A stretch of 64,000 nucleotides of DNA from positions 181,378-245,377 of the forward strand of contig CAVXTP010000014.1 of NCBI GenBank assembly GCA_963764715.1, written 5' to 3'. The position numbers and the translations under genes were made by a program. Shown piece after piece: positions 55,790-64,000 of this stretch. Numbering within the stretch: the stretch's first letter is position 1; each line of letters begins with the position of its first letter. The notes beneath the pieces were generated by a model. That model was not told where the DNA came from, did no database searches, and was given only the letters and a program-made list of their open reading frames with translations. Origin of the DNA: an uncultured Acidobacteriota bacterium (GTDB taxonomy: Bacteria; Acidobacteriota; Thermoanaerobaculia; UBA5066; Gp7-AA6).

Positions 55790-56811
55790 CCGTCAGCTCG
55801 TTCGCTTGAGACCGTAGGGGCGGGGCTCGTCCCCGCCCGGCTCGGCAGGGCGGCCGCAAGGGCCGCCCCTACTCCCGGAGTGGCGCCGCCCTCGCGCACC
55901 AGGTCGACGAAAACGTCCTCGAGGCTCGAGCGCACGGGCGTGAGCTCCTGCAACCGGCCGCCGGCGGCCCGGAGCCGGTCCACGAGGGCGTTGACGTGGT
56001 CGAGGTCGCGGGTCGTCAGGTCGAAGTGCCCGTTGACGCGCTCGATCGAGGCGCCGGTCGCGCGGAACGCCGCGACGAGCGCGTCGTCGACGCCCGTCGC
56101 CACGAGCCGGTAGCGCGAGCCGGCCGCGGTCAGGTCCTCGATCCGCCCGGCGACCGCGACCCGGCCCGCCCGCAGCACGGCGACGCGGTCGCAGGTGCGC
56201 TCGATCTCCGAGAGCAGGTGCGAGTTGAGAAGGATCGTCTTGCCGCGCTTCGCCTCCTCCTGGAGGAGATCCCGGATCTCGCGGCGGCCGACCGGGTCGA
56301 CGCCGTCGGTCGGCTCGTCGAGGAGCAGGACCTCAGGGTCGTGGATCAGCGCCGACGCGAGACCGAGGCGCTGCGTCATCCCCTTCGAGAACTTCTTGAC
56401 GCGGACGTCCGCCCACGTCGCGAGGCCCACGCGCTCGAGGAGGCGGGGCGCCCGCTCGCGGATCGCCGCGGAGTCGAGGCCGGACATGCGGCCGAAGATC
56501 GACAGCGTCTGCCGGGCGGTCAGGTAACCGGGGAACCGGTGCCCCTCCGGCAGGTAGCCCACCCGGCGGCGGCTCTCGGGGTCGGAGGCCGGCAGGCCGA
56601 GGAGGCTCGCCTGCCCGGTCGTCGGGTGCGTCAGGCCGAGCAGAATCTTCACGGTGGTCGTCTTGCCTGCCCCGTTTGGCCCAAGCAGGCCAAAGACTTG
56701 GCCGGGCTCGACTCGCAGGTCGAGGCCGTCGAGCGCGGTGATCCGGCGCGAGCCGAATCGCGACGCATAGACCTTCGAGAGGCCGCGGGCCTCGATCGGC
56801 GAATGAGCCAT
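55786..56811 (-). CDS. ABC exporter ATP-binding subunit
   Basis: GPNGAGKTT, FSKGM, LLLDEP, SH switch, SLEDVF. Confidence 0.93.
   Translation of the reverse strand: MAHSPIEARGLSKVYASRFGSRRITALDGLDLRVEPGQVFGLLGPNGAGKTTTVKILLGLTHPTTGQASLLGLPASDPESRRRVGYLPEGHRFPGYLTARQTLSIFGRMSGLDSAAIRERAPRLLERVGLATWADVRVKKFSKGMTQRLGLASALIHDPEVLLLDEPTDGVDPVGRREIRDLLQEEAKRGKTILLNSHLLSEIERTCDRVAVLRAGRVAVAGRIEDLTAAGSRYRLVATGVDDALVAAFRATGASIERVNGHFDLTTRDLDHVNALVDRLRAAGGRLQELTPVRSSLEDVFVDLVREGGATPGVGAALAAALPSRAGTSPAPTVSSERADG
55814..55872. repeat. GTAG-type REP doublet (REPIN) inside the 3' end of the ABC ATPase gene
   Basis: GTAGGGGCGGGGCTCGTCCCCGCCC (55814-55838) and GGGCGGCCGCAAGGGCCGCCCCTAC (55848-55872); the latter is the exact reverse complement of 50980-51004. 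Confidence 0.85.
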
Positions 56812-56849
56812 CGAAAGGAAGAACGAAAAAGGGACCCCGAAAGTTCGGT

Positions 56850-57767
56850 CTAAAAGAAGGCGAAGGCGGCGGTGCCGTCGGTCCGCAGATCGAGCCGCGC
56901 GCCGGGGCCGAGCGCGATCGACTTCTTTTCCTCGGGCCGGCGGGTCAGGGACATCTCGAGGAGCACGATCCCGTGCGGACCGTTCGCGGCGGCCGGCACG
57001 ACGTCGATCCGCACTCCCGGGCCGCTCCAGGAAACTCCGCCGTCCTTCGGCTCGCCGCGCAAGCCGAGGGCCGTGAGCTCCCGTCCGAACGCCGCGGCCC
57101 GGTCGGGCGCCAGCGCGAGGCGCAGGCCGGTCACGTCCTTCAGGAGCGGGTCCTTGACGGGCGTGGCCAGGGCCGCCTTCGCCTGGTAGCGCTCGAGCAC
57201 GGCGCGGCGCGAGATCCCGGAGAGCCCCGGACGCAGCTCCGGGTGCCACTCCTTCAGAAACTTCGGCGAGTACTCCATCACCCACGACACGAGGACCGGA
57301 TCGCCCGGCTCGAAGCCCGTCATCCGGAACCAGGGAACCGTCTTCCCCGCGGCCTCGCGCGGACGCTCGAGGCTGCGCACCTTGCCGGCGCCGAGCGCCT
57401 CGAGCGCCTTGAGGACCGCCGCGCTCGCCCCCGGCTCCTCGACGCCAAGCGCCACGCCGCTCTGGCCGAGCGGGCGCTGGCGCGCGGGATCCGCGGCGAG
57501 GAACTCGAAGTACGTGCTCTCGCCGTAGAAGTAGAGCCCGGTCCACGAGTCGTCGCCGGACTTCGTCGTGCGCCGCTCGAACTGGGCGAACTCGGCGCGG
57601 AGAAACTCGGAGTGGTCGACGGCCGAGAACGTGTCCTTGTCGAGGACGCGGTACACGTGGTTGAGATCGACGCGCGGCATGGCGGGCTCCGGAGCGGCGG
57701 CCGTGCCGGCGAGGCCGGCGGCCGAGACCGCGGTCAGAAGGACGAGGAACGGAAGTCGGCGCGTCAT
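56850..57767 (-). CDS. Secreted DUF5829-like protein
   Basis: Signal peptide; LNH.Y.VLD..T, FERRTT, WTGLYFYG..TYFEF. Confidence 0.65.
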   Translation of the reverse strand: MTRRLPFLVLLTAVSAAGLAGTAAAPEPAMPRVDLNHVYRVLDKDTFSAVDHSEFLRAEFAQFERRTTKSGDDSWTGLYFYGESTYFEFLAADPARQRPLGQSGVALGVEEPGASAAVLKALEALGAGKVRSLERPREAAGKTVPWFRMTGFEPGDPVLVSWVMEYSPKFLKEWHPELRPGLSGISRRAVLERYQAKAALATPVKDPLLKDVTGLRLALAPDRAAAFGRELTALGLRGEPKDGGVSWSGPGVRIDVVPAAANGPHGIVLLEMSLTRRPEEKKSIALGPGARLDLRTDGTAAFAFF

Positions 57768-57826
57768 TTCAGCGCCCCCGGACGCGGTCGAGATGCGGCC
57801 GGCTTCGTCACGGGGAGCGAGCGTCC

Positions 57827-58411
57827 TTAGTCCCCCCGGGACCACGGCGGCGCAATGCCGTTCGAGCGCGCGTAGGCGATCGCCTGGCCGAGGTGCTCGT
57901 GCATGTGGTTCAGGATGAGCGAAAGGACCTGCCGCTCGGTCAGCTCGTTGCCGCCGAACGTCTTGACCTTCTTGTCGAGGTCGGCGGGCGTCACGGCGCT
58001 TCCGGCGGCCCGGGCGTTCGCGACGGCCTTCTTGAGCAGGGGAACGATCGCCGCCTTGTCGGTCACCGTCTTCTCGCTGTCGCGGGTGATGCCCTCCATC
58101 CGCTTCATGCCGAGAAAGCTCGGGATCGTCGAGTCGGCGGCGACGACGTGCATGAAGACCTCGCCGACCGAGCGCACTCCCGGGGCCGGGCGCCAGGAGT
58201 ACTTGTCGGCGGGAATCGCTTCCGCGAGGTCGATCAGCTTCTGGCCGACGGCGTCGACTTCGGCGACGTATTCGCCCAGGAAGCCGGGAGCGGCGGCCGC
58301 GGGCGCGGGCGGCCTCGCGGGCATCTGCGTGCTCGTCGTCGTCGGGGCCTGGGCCGAGGCGGCCGCGGAGGAGAGCGCGAGGAGAACGGCGGGGGCGAGG
58401 AGCGTCTTCAT
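57827..58411 (-). CDS. Secreted DinB-family protein
   Basis: LAEAIPADKYSWRP, RSVGEVFMH, HMHEHLGQ.IAYAR..GI.PPW. Confidence 0.88.
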   Translation of the reverse strand: MKTLLAPAVLLALSSAAASAQAPTTTSTQMPARPPAPAAAAPGFLGEYVAEVDAVGQKLIDLAEAIPADKYSWRPAPGVRSVGEVFMHVVAADSTIPSFLGMKRMEGITRDSEKTVTDKAAIVPLLKKAVANARAAGSAVTPADLDKKVKTFGGNELTERQVLSLILNHMHEHLGQAIAYARSNGIAPPWSRGD

Positions 58412-58452
58412 GGGGCCTCCTAATCTCGTCGGCGGGAGAGTATACGGGAGGC

Positions 58453-59280
58453 GTGACGATTCCGTGGACGCGGGCCGCCGTCCTGTCCGCGGCCGTCATC
58501 GGTATCCTCGCCGTCGTCATGGGCTTCGAGAACTCGCTCCTCTACTTCCCGGTGCGGGAGCTGGCGTCGTCGCCGGAGGCACACGGCCTGCGCGCGGACG
58601 CGCTTTCCCTCCCGACCGAGGACGGCGAGACGCTCGCGGGCTGGTGGATCCACGGCGCCGGGACGCGCGCGGTCCTGTTCTTTCACGGGAACGCCGGCAA
58701 CGCGGCGGACCGCCTCGACCGCGCCCGCATCCTGAACGAGCGCTTCGGCCTCGACGTCTTTCTCGTCGACTACCGCGGCTACGGCCTCTCGACCGGCTCC
58801 CCGTCGGAAGACGGCCTCGCCCGCGATGCGCGCGCAGTCCTCGGCGCGGCGCGGGAGCGCGGCTTCGCGCCCGACCGGATCGTGCTCTTCGGCGAGTCGC
58901 TGGGCTCGGCCGTCGCCGCGAGGCTCGCGTTCGAGGCCCCGGTCGGCGCCGTCATCCTCGAGACCCCGTTTCTCTCGGTCCCCGCCATGGCGCGCGTGCA
59001 CTATCCCTTCGTTCCGGCCTTCCTCGTCCGCAGCCGTTTCGACAACGCGAGCCGGGTCGGGTCGATCGCCGCGCCCAAGCTCTTTCTCGTGGCCGAACGC
59101 GACGAGATCGTGCCGCCCGAGCAGGGCCGGCGCCTCTACGCGCTGTCTCCGGCCCCGAAGACGCTCTTCGTCATTCCGGGCGCCGGCCACAACGACACGT
59201 ACGTCGCGGGCGGCGAGGCTTACTGGGAGGCGGTCCGCGACTTCCTCGCGGCGAGCGCCGGCGGGATCAGCGGCCGCTGA
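58453..59280 (+). CDS. Alpha/beta hydrolase (ABHD13/Bem46-like)
   Basis: FHGNAGN, DYRGYG, GESLG, DEIVP, GHND; N-terminal anchor. Confidence 0.9.
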   Translation: MTIPWTRAAVLSAAVIGILAVVMGFENSLLYFPVRELASSPEAHGLRADALSLPTEDGETLAGWWIHGAGTRAVLFFHGNAGNAADRLDRARILNERFGLDVFLVDYRGYGLSTGSPSEDGLARDARAVLGAARERGFAPDRIVLFGESLGSAVAARLAFEAPVGAVILETPFLSVPAMARVHYPFVPAFLVRSRFDNASRVGSIAAPKLFLVAERDEIVPPEQGRRLYALSPAPKTLFVIPGAGHNDTYVAGGEAYWEAVRDFLAASAGGISGR

Positions 59281-60478
59281 CGGGGAGCGCCAGCCGATTG
59301 TATTTCTTGAGGATTCGCTGGAGCTCGTCGTGCGGCAGCGCCTGGACGGTGCGGCCGCCGGCGCCGGTCATCGTCCGGGCGGCGACCATCGCGTTGATCA
59401 CCGCCTCCTCGACGGACTGCACGGCGGCCGCGAAGAGCGGGTCCATGCGGTCGTTCGGGAGGGCCGTGAGGGCCACCGTGCCCTTCGGCGACGCGGCGCC
59501 GGGATTGGCGGTCGAGAACGCGATGAAGATGTCGCCCGAGCCGTTCGAGGCGATCGCGCCGTCGCGGGCGAGGCCGAGGCCGACCCGGCGCGCCATGCGC
59601 TTCAACTGGTGCGGCAGAAGCGGCGCGTCGGTGGCGAGCACCACGATGATCGAGCCGTTGTCCTCGTCCCGGGCGCCGGGTCCCGCGATCTCGCGGCCCA
59701 CCGGGACCCCGGCGATCAGCAGGTTCTGCTTGCGCCCGTAGTTGCACTGGACGAGGGCGCCGACGGTGTATCCGCCGTCGGCCGCCGGCAGGACGCGCGA
59801 TGCGGTGCCAATGCCGCCCTTGAAGCCGTTGCAGATCATCCCGGTGCCGCCGCCGACGCTTCCCTCGGCGACCGGCCCGCCCTGCATGCGGTCGAGCGCC
59901 TCGAAGACGTTCTCTTCCTTGACGTGGAAGCCGTTGATGTCGTTCAACTCGCCGTCCCACGTCTCCGCGACGACGGGGTTCGACCAGAAATAGCCGGTCG
60001 CGTCGGGCCCGCCCTGCCTGACCCGCCAGGCGATCGTGCCCTGGTGAACCGCGCCGACGGAGTGTGTGTTGGTGATCATCACGGGCCCCTCGAGGAAGCC
60101 GGACTCCTCGACCCAGGTGGTGCCGGTCATCTCCCCCGCGCCGTTCAGCGCGAACCAGCCGGCGAAGACGGGATCGTCGAGCGTCGCGCGCCCGCGGGGC
60201 ACGACGGCGGTCACGCCGGTGCGGACCGGGCCCTTTCCGACCTGGAGCGGTCCGTCGCCCCGGATGATCGTGCTCTGGCCGACCGCGACTCCCTTCACGT
60301 CGGTGATCGCGTTGAGCGGGCCCGGCGTCCCGTCGAACGGAACGCCGAGGTCCCGCGCACGCGGTGGGGCCGGCGTCGGGACGAGAAGCGCAGCCGCGAA
60401 AAGGATTGGAAGCAAGGCTGCCGCGCAGGATACAGAAAAGCCGGCCCGTCCCCCAACAAGTACCGCCGTGCTGCGCAC
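59267..60478 (-). CDS. dmpA: P1/S58 family aminopeptidase (DmpA-like)
   Basis: RARDLG, NAITDV.GV.VG, NGAGEMTG, ETWD, FKGGIGTASR, NGSGD autoproteolysis site. Confidence 0.88.
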   Translation of the reverse strand: MRSTAVLVGGRAGFSVSCAAALLPILFAAALLVPTPAPPRARDLGVPFDGTPGPLNAITDVKGVAVGQSTIIRGDGPLQVGKGPVRTGVTAVVPRGRATLDDPVFAGWFALNGAGEMTGTTWVEESGFLEGPVMITNTHSVGAVHQGTIAWRVRQGGPDATGYFWSNPVVAETWDGELNDINGFHVKEENVFEALDRMQGGPVAEGSVGGGTGMICNGFKGGIGTASRVLPAADGGYTVGALVQCNYGRKQNLLIAGVPVGREIAGPGARDEDNGSIIVVLATDAPLLPHQLKRMARRVGLGLARDGAIASNGSGDIFIAFSTANPGAASPKGTVALTALPNDRMDPLFAAAVQSVEEAVINAMVAARTMTGAGGRTVQALPHDELQRILKKYNRLALPVSGR

Positions 60479-60572
60479 GGCGTTGTCTAACGCCGGGGGT
60501 CTGCCTTCGGTGGACGACTCAGAAATGCAGGTCAGGCACCAAAGTTCAGAAATGCAGGGCTGACCCTAAGGC

Positions 60573-64000
<3,428 letters not shown>

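Overview
A very GC-rich (roughly 70% by eye), gene-dense bacterial chromosomal segment with about 55 protein-coding genes. I saw no rRNA, tRNA, CRISPR array, transposase or phage genes. The gene mix (Ser/Thr kinases with TolB/TPR tails, Cys-rich SLH surface proteins, a carboxypeptidase-domain TonB receptor, DUF2961, M14/M16 peptidases) suggests Acidobacteriota, probably Thermoanaerobaculia-like; this is inference. Housekeeping genes include dapB, metH, crcB, a very long greA and gap. Best leads: (1) a six-gene operon in which a patatin phospholipase sits inside a sigma-less partner-switching cascade headed by a MASE2 histidine kinase; (2) an apparently catalytically dead GAPDH paralogue translationally coupled to the canonical gap; (3) a His/CxxC/RAPP leader peptide whose last codons can pair with the Shine-Dalgarno of a TonB receptor; (4) a small-protein plus DUF6036 nucleotidyltransferase TA-like pair. 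Smaller signals: GTAG-type REPINs (one inside a coding region), a 200-nt multi-stem element, probable CTG start codons, and many apparently leaderless promoters. Two +1 indels in the last 1.2 kb look like sequencing errors. All family assignments come from motif recognition by eye, not database searches.
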